48,295 nt of DNA, from positions 99,193,611 through 99,241,905 of the forward strand of contig NC_068981.1 in NCBI RefSeq assembly GCF_001194135.2, written 5' to 3'. How positions within the stretch are numbered: the stretch's first letter is position 1; every line of letters starts with the position of its first letter. The notes beneath the pieces were generated by a model that searched no databases, was not told the origin of the DNA, and was given only the letters and a program-made list of their open reading frames with translations. This document shows positions 12,001-24,480 of this stretch, piece after piece. Source of the DNA: Octopus bimaculoides. Taxonomy: Eukaryota. Both the position numbers and the translations under genes were made by a program.

Positions 12001-14000
12001 ATTGTTTCTTATTTAGCCACAAGAACAGCATTTTTTTGAGAGGAAGGGTTAGTCGACCCAGAAAGGACGATAGACAAAAAAATAGTTTTCGATATACATT
12101 GAAATGATTCAGCTTTTCAAAACTGTTGGACATTCGCTGAGTACTGATGAGTATCCTCACGAAAGCTTTGGATTTATCCGTTATCACAGCCCCACAGGAG
12201 TCAAATTTATTACTTTATTACATGACTTCTCTGCGATGTATCGTATGAGGTAGAGATTGTCATAGACAGACGTACTGTAAATTGCACAAGCCCGCATGCA
12301 GCCAGTTGCACTAACAACGACAAACGCCAGTCATTTCACGAGCACCTTCGCTTAAATCTCAAGTTCTAACATTTAATTGAGTCATGAGCCATAAATTGTT
12401 AATGATGTCTAGCTTCTTCGCATCTTCCCTCAGTACTTCTTTATTCTCCGATTAAGGCAATCAGAAATCGCCATTGCGAGAGATGTCTATTAAAACAGGG
12501 ATAAAGAAGTCTCCGTGTATCCATGAAGCTCGTAGATCAAAGCATCCAAACTATTTGTCATCATCCATATCTCAGCTACCTTTATTGACCCTTTTCGCCT
12601 GAGAACCGTTGCAGGCTGTCTAGATAGGCAATGGCGTCTACCATCTCCGGCCAATCATTATTCCCAAATAGATGAGGAAAGAGCTGGTGGACAACTGCAC
12701 GTTTGTACTTGGAATCACAAAGCCATATGCACACCATTGTACATCAAAAACTTGAATTGTGACTTTGTTGTCACGTCACCCTTCCGTAAATCGGACCCTT
12801 GAAACGGCTCTCCTTTTCTCGTGTCTAAAAACATGTACCGTAGCTCTGGGAACGCAACCTTCACGTTTCGCATCGAAGAAATTATCGAGCGTCAGTTATT
12901 GCGCTAGAATTTCGGTTGCAGTATCTTTTATAATCGTCTCCCTAAATCTGTTGACAAACTCTCCTTTAATTTATTGATCTGTATCACATTTCCTTTGTTT
13001 TATCACATCGATTCTACTCTAATGGCTCTTCTGAGGGAGATAATTATTCTTTTTTTTGACAACTCTGTCGACTCATGCTTAACTATTACACAAATAAGGT
13101 CGCTGTTCACTTTCCACTTTGAGAACGATACATTCAGCTTCCACTAACCGAGTTCATTCCTATTTTTTTTTTATCTCGGTTAAACGTACAGATCCCAAAA
13201 TTGTGATTTGTGTAACCGACTAGTCGAAACTATAAATATCCTATGCTATCCTTATCAGCTGAATTAATAAATACTCTATATAGATGCGATGTGGATGACC
13301 TGATGCAGTTTGCCCATGTCTACGATGAAATCTATTAGCAACGTAAGATAATTGGAACTTCCCAAATATGTTTCCGAGGCGTTTGCAATCACGTCTCCTC
13401 TCGGCTATTCCCATATTATCCCAGCGTAGTCCGAAATGAAATTCCAATCGTCCACTAATACAAATGAATAGAATGTTCCCTAAAACATTTCTAAACGCCT
13501 GGAGAGGTTTTGCTAATCGACACTCCAGTCGGTGTATAAATGGTCACAGGACTGAAGGCACCACTTTTGCAAAATACATACGTACAGAACCACGTGCTAC
13601 CATTCTACCTCAGGAAGATGGTTGCTGTTGTAGTTGTTGTAGCCGTTGTTTTTTCTGCTAGTGTTATTGATGTTGCAGCTGTAGTGTATGCAGGTTCATA
13701 TTGTCTTGGCTTCTGTTGTGGGCAGAAGGCTCCCAGGTTGTTACTACTACCATTTGTATTGCACCTGGCTCTTCTACCCTTCACCATGGCGTACGGTTGA
13801 GTGCTGTTTGGTAGGTCTATTTGGGCAAGGATTCAATTTTCTCAGATTTACCCGAATCAAGACTTCCACACCAATTCTGGGCCAGTTTTCTTGATGATAA
13901 CTTTTCACGTTCAAGATTTTATCCAGTCTTACCGGGACAATGCATGACATTAGCCACCAGGTGTTCGATTACGGCGTCACATTAATCCTATTTACCAGTC
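12001..14000 (-). mobile_element. Degraded L1-Tx1-like LINE ORF2 (AP endonuclease to early RT)
   Basis: Minus-strand remnants GAFSPVTIYTPTG, VLVDDWNFISD (LVGDWN-like), TWANCIRSSTSHLYRVFI (TW..SRLDR-like), VYDNLYLIRYI, GAVITDKSKAFVRI (LDQSKAFDRV-like). Many stops and frameshifts; boundaries approximate. Confidence 0.75.
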
Positions 14001-14528
14001 CTACTCGACATTCCATCTATGTAGGAATGAAATTATATTCCTCGTCCCTACATGGGACAGTCGACTACCTGTCTTTCGATGCATGCAAAAGAGCCAGGCT
14101 GTTGTTCAAGTGGTTGCTACTGTTACGGCTGGTGATGCTGCTCCTCACAGTGGATGTGATATGCAATAATAGCATTGGTGGTAGGGACGTTAGTAGTGGT
14201 GATATATGCAATTGCATATATTCTAGCTCTGGTTTCTATACTATTTGCGGCATTTTGAGCCCTCTGGGCATTATTTTGTTACAAGTGTAGTTTATATATA
14301 CATGTATGTATGTATGCATGTATGTATGTATGTATGTATGTATGTATGTGTGTATGTATGTATGTGTGTGTATCTATGTATGTATGTATGTATGTAATAA
14401 CTTGTATATGTACATTTATATGTATGTATATATNNNNNNNNNNCTTGTATATGTACATTTATATGTATGTATATATACATATATATTCAGACAGAGACAC
14501 ATACTTATATATAATGCAAACTCACATG

Positions 14529-14578
<50 letters not shown>

Positions 14579-15198
14579 CTCACACTCAACACCTAAAGAT
14601 GCACAGTATATATAATACAGTAACATGTTTCTGTGGTGAGCATCTTAGAATAATAACAAATAAGTTGGCTTCTCGTTTGAAGCTGTTTCACTTCAATCAA
14701 GCATCGAATACTGCTGGGAGAAATACGAACGTTATACAATTGCAAATTTCTCCATTACCTTTAAAAAAATGGCTAATTGTGTTTATTAAAAAAATAAGAA
14801 AATATGTAAATATTGCGGAGTTGGTAGTAAGATGAGTGTGTCGTCTCTGTTTATACTTCACATATGCATTTAAAGTCCTTGGGAAAACTATAACCTTCGC
14901 TAATTTCATTCTCCTTCGTTTTTAAAACACGCCTATTTATTTCTCCTTTATCTTCAACTTGCGTCACCATTGAACTGCAGCCATGCTAGCATGCTAGAAT
15001 ACTGCGCTATAAGTTAGTCGAACAGATTTATCTCAGGACTTACCTTGAAGTCTGGCATTTATTTTATCGATCTTTTTTTTCCAAACAAATAATTTACGAG
15101 GACAGAGTAAGAGCAGCGATAAAAGTAACGTTTTGCAAAGATGACAGCCGCCACGCAATCTTCGAAATGTAATATTCTATACGAAATACATACATACA

Positions 15199-15233
<35 letters not shown>

Positions 15234-15397
15234 ATGAATAAATAAAAGCCTGTGAAATCAGACAACTTCAAACTGGACCAACGACCGATAAACGCACATG
15301 TAGAAAGCAGGCATAAGGTTCAGCATGACTTCGCTTAAATTGGGTGAGACATACTTATAGTATGCGTATAATTTGGGCAAATTAAAAAAATATACTC

Positions 15398-15850
15398 CAT
15401 GGTTGTGAGATTAAGAAGCTCGCTTTGCAACCATGTACTTTGTAAAGCGTACTTTGCCCAGCGCAAAGCCTTGGGCAAGTGTCCTCTATTATAGTCTTGG
15501 GTTGACCAATGCCTTGCAAGTGAATTTTATTACATGGAAACTGTCCGGAAACCCGTCATGTGCGCGCGTGTGTGTGTGTGTGCGTGTGTGTGTGTATGTG
15601 TGTGTGTTTGTGTGCGTGTGTGTGTGCGTGTGTGTGCGCGCGCGCGCGCGTTTGTCGCCACTCTCCCTTCCACTGTTTGATAACTGGCCTTGGTTTGTTT
15701 ACACCTCCATAACTACACGGTTCAGCAAAATGGCCGATAGATTAAGTACTAGATTTTTTTTTTTTAAACAGGTACTGGAGGGTATTTGTCCCTTCGAAAT
15801 GTTGCCCCAGCATGATCGCAGTCCAATGACGAAAAGAAGTAAAAGATAAA
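15398..15850 (+). mobile_element. tRNA-derived SINE family B (CORE-like ccttgggcaagtgtc body, internal TG microsatellite)
   Basis: Homologous to the minus-strand copy at 40960-41297. Confidence 0.75.
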
Positions 15851-16260
15851 TGGCAAACATAAATCATTACAAAACTTGACAAGGTTGTTAAAAAAGTTTA
15901 TTGTAGCTATGTTCTTACTATGGAAATATATCGCGACCGAAGAAAATATTCATTTGGTGATAAATGTGTGTATGTGATGTGTTTAACACAGGATAAGCTG
16001 TCGAGCACAAAGAATACACGTAGACTATATTCAAATTTAATGACAAGACGGAGCAAAATGTTGAGAAGATTCTGATCAGAGGTTTAGTACTTGTGACTTT
16101 CCCAACGCACTGGAGGTGTTACATTGCAAGCTTATAAAGACCTGAGTATAACAGGTTTTGGCACAGCCGATTTGGCGCCGCTTATATGGCGATGCTGACT
16201 TAACGCTGACTTATTTGACATCGGGCGGTCTAATGTTTCTCTCGTTCTCTACGCCCCTCA

Positions 16261-16305
<45 letters not shown>

Positions 16306-17990
16306 TCTCTCTCTCTTTCTATCTATCTATCTATCTATCTCCTGTGTATGTGCTTACGTGTGTGTGTTTATGCGTGTGAGCATTTTGTGTTTGTATGTGT
16401 AATGTCTCTCTCTTCCCCTCTCTTTCTACTGTTCTATCTGTACGTGTATACTTTTGCGCACGTGCGTGTGTTTGCTTCCAATGCCAATATGTACTGTCGC
16501 CGAAATCATCCGCGTCCAAACAACTGCACCCAATTCCTCATTCTGCAAAGACCTGTTGTTAAGTAGTTGCAGAGAGACTTACTCGGGTAAACTTTTAGTC
16601 AGTTACTGCATAAGAAAACCTTATATCAAAGTTGTGTCAATAGTGATCACCCTGACTTTTTCAGGCATTGCATAAAATATCTAGGACCACAATAGTCAAT
16701 ATTTTCTTTTTTTTTTTCTTTTTTTCTTTTTTGGTCTGTTTGCTAAGATAATAGGGTATGATTTGAGGCAGATTTAGCTTCTATTTGTAGCCGGTCGATA
16801 AACAACTGAGAGGCTCTTCCTTATTGGAAAATAGAAAGTCAGTCGAACTTTTGCAGTACACTGGATATGCTATGTATTTCCTATGTTCTACTTGTGTCCA
16901 GTTAGATCTTGTTGACTGTAAATTCAGTTGATTAGTACAGTGAGGACAAGTACAAGTGCACTTGTTTTCAGTGCAACAGTGATGTGAACTCAGCGTGTTT
17001 CTTTTCTTTCTCTTTTTTGATGATATCATTTAGTCAAGGATAGAATAGCATCGCCCATAACCCTCTTCTTTTTTCAGATTCTCTGAGATTTGTAGAACGA
17101 GGAGAAAAGCTTATCCTCAAACCAGAAACTTGATCCAAATGTTAACGACAGTTTGAACTCTCCTACTAACACCCAAGGACCATGTGATAATGTTAAACTG
17201 AGCAGCGGATTAAGTTTTGTCTCCAAAGAGCTCAGATTGTAAAAATTCAGGACAAACATCGCAAAGTGTACAGCGCGCCATACACCATCCTGCAAACTTT
17301 CAGGTTCAAAAATCCTGAAATATTACAGAAAGATTACACGCTCTCCAAACTCGTTCGACTACAATCAGGTGGAAACGTCGGTGTCTCAAAGCCCCCCTAC
17401 GTCACTGGATCGAGTGTGTTGTCAGCACATATCGTTTAAAAAGAGATAGTGTTCTCCGAAGGCGAAATACAACAGTGATTGATATATTCAAATTTGTTGG
17501 AACGTGTGAAGAATGAATATGTGCATCATCGTTTTCACTCTCGTTGTTTCACGTGTTCATGATAATTTATTGTCGATTTGGCAGATATCCGCATGCATCA
17601 GCAAGTAATGTTTCACTGAATTCTATAAACAAGAGCATACTTTATTTATATTATTATAATTACAACAAATTACCCTAGGATATTTACAGATAGACTTGAC
17701 ACGACTGCGTCTTCAGTTACACCCTAACTCTTGTTCAACTTTTACAGATGTATGTATGTATATATATATATATATATATNNNNNNNNNNNNNNNNNNNNN
17801 NNNNNNNNNNNNNNNNNNNNNNNNNNNNNNNNNNNNNNNNNNNNNNNNNNNNNNNNNNNNNNNNNNNNNNNNNNNNNNNNNNNNNNNNNNNNNNNNNNNN
17901 NNNNNNNNNNNNNNNNNNNNNNNNNNNNNNNNNNNNNNNNNNNNNNATATATCAACATATATATATATATATATCAACATACACTCATGT

Positions 17991-18024
<34 letters not shown>

Positions 18025-18121
18025 ACACTCACACACATACACACACGCACTGAAATGCATTTTAAAAAAACTTCAAACAAACGCAGAGAGAGCGCAAAAC
18101 AAAAAATGAGATAAAGACGCA

Positions 18122-18131
18122 GTGACGTCAC
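18122..18131. promoter_or_regulatory. Canonical CRE palindrome (gTGACGTCAc)
   Basis: Exact TGACGTCA within a 10-bp palindrome. Function not demonstrated. Confidence 0.35.
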
Positions 18132-18723
18132 AGACTTTGATTACATCATGATATTCTTCTTCCCCTCAGTCCTAGTGTTTCAGCCTCCACTATCTTTATT
18201 TTCACCATCTTTTTCTTGCTTTTTCTCTATTTCTATCTCTCTTTTTCTGTCTCCTCTTCTCTCTCTTTCTTTCTCTCTCTCTCTCTCTCTCTCTTCTGCA
18301 TCTTCCTGTATTCGAGTTACTTCCCTTGGCGTTACACAACAGGTAAGTAGATAAGAGTGTACTATTGTATGAAAATATATACTGGGGAAACCTATAGAAA
18401 TTCCTGGGATTTCACTTGTGAACAATGAGAACTTTAGCTGCCTGTTATAACTGTGATGGTGGAGACAAATGTGAATGACAGGCAAGATAGAGCCCAAGAG
18501 AGACGGTGAAAGATGCAAGGGAAAGTTGCGATGTTGAATCGATACTGACATATCATACGGACGCACAAACTCTCTCTTTCTCTCTCTCTATCTCACCCCA
18601 CACAATCCTTCTTTCTTTCTGCCGTTCTGCCATTCTGTCTGTCTGTCTGTCTGCCTGTTTTTCACACACACACACACACACGCACACACACACACATACA
18701 CATCTGAGTTGCTTCCTTTAGAG

Positions 18724-19040
18724 CAGGGGTTCTCAACCATTTTTTTAATCAATGGACCTCTTTGATTACTATTTTCTTCTGGTAGACGCTCACAGTTATT
18801 CGATGTTTAAAAACTAGTTTTATAGAAACTTCTTTCAAAATTCCTATTTTTCCTATTCTCACATTAATTTGTGAAGGTTGAACTATGTAAAATGTTAGGG
18901 AAAGAAACCTAGCTGTTTCATGCAATACATACCAATATATACATTGTAAGGAGCCCTTAAAATATTATTGTGAATCCCCAGTTTACTATTTTGTTGTGTG
19001 GACCCCAAAATCTTATATGGACCCCGGTTGAGAACCACTG
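18724..19040. mobile_element. hAT (Charlie-like) MITE, 317 bp
   Basis: 15-bp TIRs caggggttctcaacc / ggttgagaaccactg (1 mismatch). Perfect 8-bp TSD ctttagag at 18716-18723 and 19041-19048. Confidence 0.92.
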
Positions 19041-19188
19041 CTTTAGAGCGATGCAAAGGTCGGTAGGAAGGTAGGTAGAAATGTACTATTGTATTAATGT
19101 GTGCGTGTACGTATGTGTATGTATATCTGTCCATGTATGTATGCATGTATGTATCTATTTATCTATCTATCTGTGTGCGTGCGTACGT

Positions 19189-19237
<49 letters not shown>

Positions 19238-19453
19238 NNNNNNNNNNNNNNNNNNNNNNNNNNNNNNNNNNNNNNNNNNNNNNNNNNNNNNNNNNNNNNN
19301 NNNNNNNNNNNNNNNNNNNNNNNNNNNNNNNNNNNNNNNNNNNNNNNNNNNNNNNNNNNNNNNNNNNNNNNNNNNNNNNNNNNNNNNNNNNNNNNNNNNN
19401 NNNNNNNNNNNNNNNNNNNNNNNNNNNNNNNNNNNNNNNNNNNNNNNNNNNNN

Positions 19454-19506
<53 letters not shown>

Positions 19507-20809
19507 ATACATGCATATATACGCAATAGCTAAGTTAGTGTTGACACATTTAATGACGTAAAGCATTAAAAATTTGATCACAACTGTTGCTTTAAGGAAA
19601 AGGCAACAATTGACTCAGTGACTAACATTAAGTTATTTCCTACAAATTGTCAATTTTTGCCTTTTCCTCACCGCATAAATATTTCTAATTAGTTGTTAGA
19701 ATCCCACTGCGTTTAAATATGTTAACACTATGTTTTTGTTTTTCTTTTCATAATTAGAAAAATTACAGTTCCTCAGAGAATTGTTATTTTTTAATAAGAT
19801 AATTTTGAACGCCCACCCGTGTATATTATGATACATCTACATATAACTTCTCTTCCTCATATCCGCTTCCCCTCTTTCTCTCTCTCTATATATATATCTA
19901 CTAAAGCTATCATGCCTCTTCCGCCTCGCACCACTTTTCCCTACCACTCTACTTCTAAATCTAAACTTCTCCACCCAAGGAGACAAGATTAGAGAAAAAC
20001 ATTTGATAAGTTTGAAAGATATGTTATCAGGGTGTTGTCTGTATATATATATATATGCGTGTATGTGTGTATAAATATATATATATATATGTATATACAT
20101 GTACATATATATGTGTGTTGTATGTATATGCATATATATGTATGTGTGTATGGATATGTATATATATATATATATATATATNNNNNNNNNNNNNNNNNNN
20201 NNNNNNNNNNNNNNNNNNNNNNNNNNNNNNNNNNNNNNNNNNNNNNNNNNNNNNNNNNNNNNNNNNNNNNNNNNNNNNNNNNNNNNNNNNNNNNNNNNNN
20301 NNNNNNNNNNNNNNNNNNNNNNNNNNNNNNNNNNNNNNNNNNNNNNNNNNNNNNNNNNNNNNNNNNNNNNNNNNNNNNNNNNNNNNNNNNNNNNNNNNNN
20401 NNNNGGCAGTGTTGGTAGTGGTGATGGTAGTGGTGATGGTAGTGGTGGTGGTGGTAATGGTGGTGGTGGTAATGGTGGTGGTGGTAATGGTGGTGGTGGT
20501 GGTGTCTGTACACATCTTGCATAGTAATATGGTGAATGAAAATATGTTGGTGGTGCCCGTATAAATGCATTCCACATCACCGAGAAGGTAGTGTTTGCAT
20601 ACACCCTGCATGATCGTGCAGTGGTGCTAGTCGTAGCCGCTGCATACACCTTGTTTACTGATGCGGCCATAGTATCTGTATGCAGACGGCAAAGTTGCAG
20701 ATCCGCTAGAATGTCGGGTTGAATGCCTTGCAGTTCGTTCCGTGGCTGCACTCCCGAGTTCAAATCCACCGAAAATCCTCTTTACCTTTCAATTTTCGGA
20801 ACCGCTTCA

Positions 20810-20849
<40 letters not shown>

Positions 20850-21269
20850 NNNNNNNNNNNNNNNNNNNNNNNNNNNNNNNNNNNNNNNNNNNNNNNNNNN
20901 NNNNNNNNNNNNNNNNNNNNNNNNNNNNNNNNNNNNNNNNNNNNNNNNNNNNNNNNNNNNNNNNNNNNNNNNNNNNNNNNNNNNNNNNNNNNNNNNNNNN
21001 NNNNNNNNNNNNNNNNNNNNNNNNNNNNNNNNNNNNNNNNNNNNNNNNNNNNNNNNNNNNNNNNNNNNNNNNNNNNNNNNNNNNNNNNNNNNNNNNNNNN
21101 NNNNNNNNNNNNNNNNNNNNNNNNNNNNNNNNNNNNNNNNNNNNNNNNNNNCAAACCCTTTGAAGTTCAGGTTTCCACCGCTTTAAAGTCACTAGATCCA
21201 ACCCTCAGGCATCAGTATGCCGAGCGGCGCTTCCAGTGGAGTCATACTACGTAGTGCGTCTTTGTTTTG

Positions 21270-21500
21270 CAGCGTGCGTCCGTGAAATCCTGTTTTCTGC
21301 TGGGGAAAACGGTGGCCAAAGCTGTTGTCATGCTTCAAACAGCTTACAAGTACGCTGCCATGAGCAAGACATAAGTTTACGAGTGGTTTTCACGCTTTAG
21401 GAATGGTCACTTGTTGCTTGGAGACCAACCTCGTACAGGACGACCGTCGATTCCCTGAACGAATGAAAGCATCACAGAAATTCATGAACTGATCTTTGAG
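21270..21500 (+). mobile_element. Mariner transposase N-terminal (HTH) fragment
   Basis: QRASVKSCFLLGKTVAKAVVMLQTAYKYAAMSKT*VYEWFSRFRNGHLLLGDQPRTGRPS, a typical mariner N-terminus with GRP motif. Truncated. Confidence 0.85.
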
Positions 21501-21511
21501 AAAAAACAAAT

Positions 21512-22000
21512 GGGGTATATTAAGTTGACGCTTAGGAAAATTGGAAGAAACCTGTAATAAGCTTACACTCTTCAATGGAAAGAATAAATATGGAGTGGGG
21601 AAAATAAAGAAACTACAACAAGCGTGTCTCAATTAGACGATCACCGCCAGTTGAAAAAATATATATATAACAGACCTTGGACAGACGGTTGTTAATTGCA
21701 TCATAGCTTTTATAAAACGTTATCGATATATAGATATAATTTTAAGCAGAAAGTAGGAAGATAGTCTATAGTATTCTTCGCAGATAGGCTGATATCGAGG
21801 ATTTCATACGTGAAAATTACAGAGAAGAGAGAAAAATATTTGAGGTGTCCCTTTACAGCTGTTTCTGGGATTGGGTAATCGATAGATGAAGCACTGTACA
21901 TTGGGCATACGTATATACGTTCTAACTTATGTTAACAAATAAATATATACACGTTAGAGACTCCTTCCAATTTTCCTAAGCGTTAACCTTATACACCCTG
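21512..22000. mobile_element. Putative non-autonomous TIR element (~490 bp)
   Basis: Perfect 20-bp inverted repeat acgcttaggaaaattggaag (21528-21547) / cttccaattttcctaagcgt (21964-21983), extending imperfectly outward. The right end reads CAGGGTGT on the minus strand, like Tc1/mariner-type ends. Confidence 0.6.
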
Positions 22001-22169
22001 TTTGTTTTGTTTTTTTGTTTTTTACCTTGCCTTCGAGTTTTTTGTACTATATACAGTATCTTCAACTGCTAGATTAATTCCTGTTGAAGATTTAAATACA
22101 ATATGTTGTATGAATAGCCGGTACCCCGAGAACGTCGTCGCTTTTGCTTTCCATTAATCCTCTATAGAA

Positions 22170-22985
22170 CGCTAACGTGGAATTTCCACTGACCGCATTG
22201 CCCGACTAGTAGAGCACTGAAGCACTTGATGACATTCCAGATGCCAAGTGCCATTCCTCGGTCTCTGCTCGACCCAGGACCGCAGCTTTGTCAGACAGCT
22301 GTTGAATAACGTGTCTGATAAATGGTGACTACACTTGTTCAACGTCAATGTACTGTTGGAGAGGCTACTACTTCTGCACATGTTTGCACATCATCAGCCA
22401 TAGCATGTCCAGCCCTCCACTCAGCAGGTGTTGACAATAAATGGAGCTCCTGACCAGTGGAATAAATTCCTTCCACAAAAGCAGAATAGTAGATGCTCCA
22501 GTCTGGTCAGACCTGAACCGAGGTAAGGCACGACGGTCTGATGATAACAAATGATGGAGGTGATGTAAGCATTCGCCACTTTTGCCCGACCTTTCAGGGA
22601 CAGCTTTCTTTTGGCCCAATTTTGGATGAGATTGGCCACCTTGCTAATCACCTTCTCTTTATCATTCTTCACTTGGAAATCTGAGCCAAATCAGACCCTG
22701 AACAATTTAACCGGTCCATCTGGTCAGCACCACTCGACACTGTTGGACGGAATGGATCGAGCTGCAAGCCCTCTGACATTTTGGTTGATTTTTGTTCCTG
22801 TCAGCGCTTCGTAGTCCTTTAAGCAGTACCGATCGCCTCGATGTGCCTGGTGTCCGACACTATGATGGTGATGTCGTCCACATATACCGACACGGATCTT
22901 CTGCATCCTAGTTCGCGCGGGATTCTCCTCAATGTTTCTAGTTTCTGCAGTAGTAACTCAATAGTCAGCACTCACTGAAGAGACA
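22170..22985 (-). mobile_element. Degraded L1-Tx1-like LINE ORF2, RT C-terminal half
   Basis: VYVDDITIIVSD (22861-22884 region, YxDD), YEALTGTKINQ, NWAKRKLSLKGRAKVANAYITS, WKEFIPLVRSSIYCQHLLSGGLDM. Confidence 0.88.
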
Positions 22986-23482
22986 AGAGGAGACAGCCTT
23001 GACTGACCGAGCGCATGATACTAAATGATTCCGATTGGTGGCCAGGAACTGCAACAATAACAAGTAGATGCGATTATGTCTCTGCTTAAAGTAAAATGAA
23101 CAAAGAATTGTATCTTATTGAACAGTATAAATCTAGGAAAATAGTATTTTCAAGAATCTGTAGCAAGAAGCTATTATCATGTTAGAAACGATCGATCATG
23201 TCTTTTACAAATTCTGATCACTAATAGATAGTTTCTGTTTTATGCATATGAAATGAACAATAGTGATGTGTTGCAGTTACCATTAGACAGCAATCAGAAA
23301 CGATTAGGATCGATCGAAACAAATAGGATGCACCGAACTCTTAAATACCATTATTGAACAATTGGATAGTATCAAACAAACAAAACAAGGAGAAATGCTA
23401 CACAGTCGCTCGGTTTGTGAAATACCCTCAAATCACACACTAGCGTTATAAATAAACAAAAGACAAAGATAAAACGTATTGG

Positions 23483-23695
23483 TTTCAAATTTTGGCTCAA
23501 GGTCAGCAATTTTGGGGGAGGGTGTAAGTCGATTACATCGACCCCAGTGCTTCACTGGTACTTAATCTATCGACTCCGAAAGGATGAAAGGCAAAGTCGA
23601 CTTCGACGGAATTCGAACTCAGAACGTAAAGATGGATGAAATGCCGCCAAGCATTTTGTCTGGCGTGCTAGCGATTCTGCCAGCTCGCCACCTTA
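23483..23695 (-). mobile_element. Well-preserved SINE family A copy
   Basis: Near-consensus with A/B boxes. 15-bp TSD gataaaac(g/a)tattgg at 23468-23482 and 23701-23715. Confidence 0.9.
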
Positions 23696-24362
23696 ACAAC
23701 GATAAAACATATTGGATGGTGTAGTTCTAGATATAGAAATAACGAACTGGCCATGGTTGGAACACCTTTGATCAAAGGTCTACTCAATCAGGGTCAACCT
23801 GTATGTGAAGAAAAACAACAACAACAATAAAGGTTGTATCATTAAAATAAAATGAAGAGTAATAAATNNNNNNNNNNNNNNNNNNNNNNNNNNNNNNNNN
23901 NNNNNNNNNNNNNNNNNNNNNNNNNNNNNNNNNNNNNNNNNNNNNNNNNNNNNNNNNNNNNNNNNNNNNNNNNNNNNNNNNNNNNNNNNNNNNNNNNNNN
24001 NNNNNNNNNNNNNNNNNNNNNNNNNNNNNNNNNNNNNNNNNNNNNNNNNNNNNNNNNNNNNNNNNNNNNNNNNNNNNNNNNNNNNNNNNNNNNNNNNNNN
24101 NNNNNNNNNNNNNNNNNNNNNNNNNNNNNNNNNNNNNNNNNNNNNNNNNNNNNNNNNNNNNNNNNNNNNNNNNNNNNNNNNNNNNNNNNNNNNNNNNNNN
24201 NNNNNNNNNNNNNNNNNNNNNNNNNNNNNNNNNTTGAGGTACTTCAGATATTTTGGTTCGACCCACTAACTCTACCATTCCCGATTGCACATACATACAG
24301 AAAATTGCACGCACACACGCGCATTAACAGACAGACACACACACACACACACATACCATACG

Positions 24363-24480
24363 TACGAGATGCATTAAAAAAGTATCCGACTTTATTTTTA
24401 TTCTGCCAAAGCTGAAGCCACACAGACAAAATCCTTTGAATGGAAGGTGACGCAACCCTTCTTGCGCATGCATGAAAATT
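24363..24480 (+). mobile_element. Possible mariner-type terminal fragment
   Basis: ta-cgagatgcattaaaaaagtatccgac resembles TACGAG-type mariner TIRs. No matching second end found. Confidence 0.4.

Noticed and set aside
14400-14480. Short direct repeat around a 10-N gap
   Set aside because: Same scaffolding artefact.
17074-17295. 73-aa minus-strand ORF and plus-strand acceptor at 17078
   Set aside because: No recognisable homology, plus-strand frames are closed, and there is no linking splice partner.
19837-20769. 310-aa minus-strand proline-rich ORF
   Set aside because: It spans an N gap and (GGT)n/(TA)n repeats, and its start lies in the antisense of a decayed SINE head (~20685-20810). No recognisable domain.
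12001-22985. The two Tx1-like relics as one split element
   Set aside because: Both are on the minus strand, but the RT C-terminal piece lies upstream of the endonuclease piece, which is the wrong order for a single copy.
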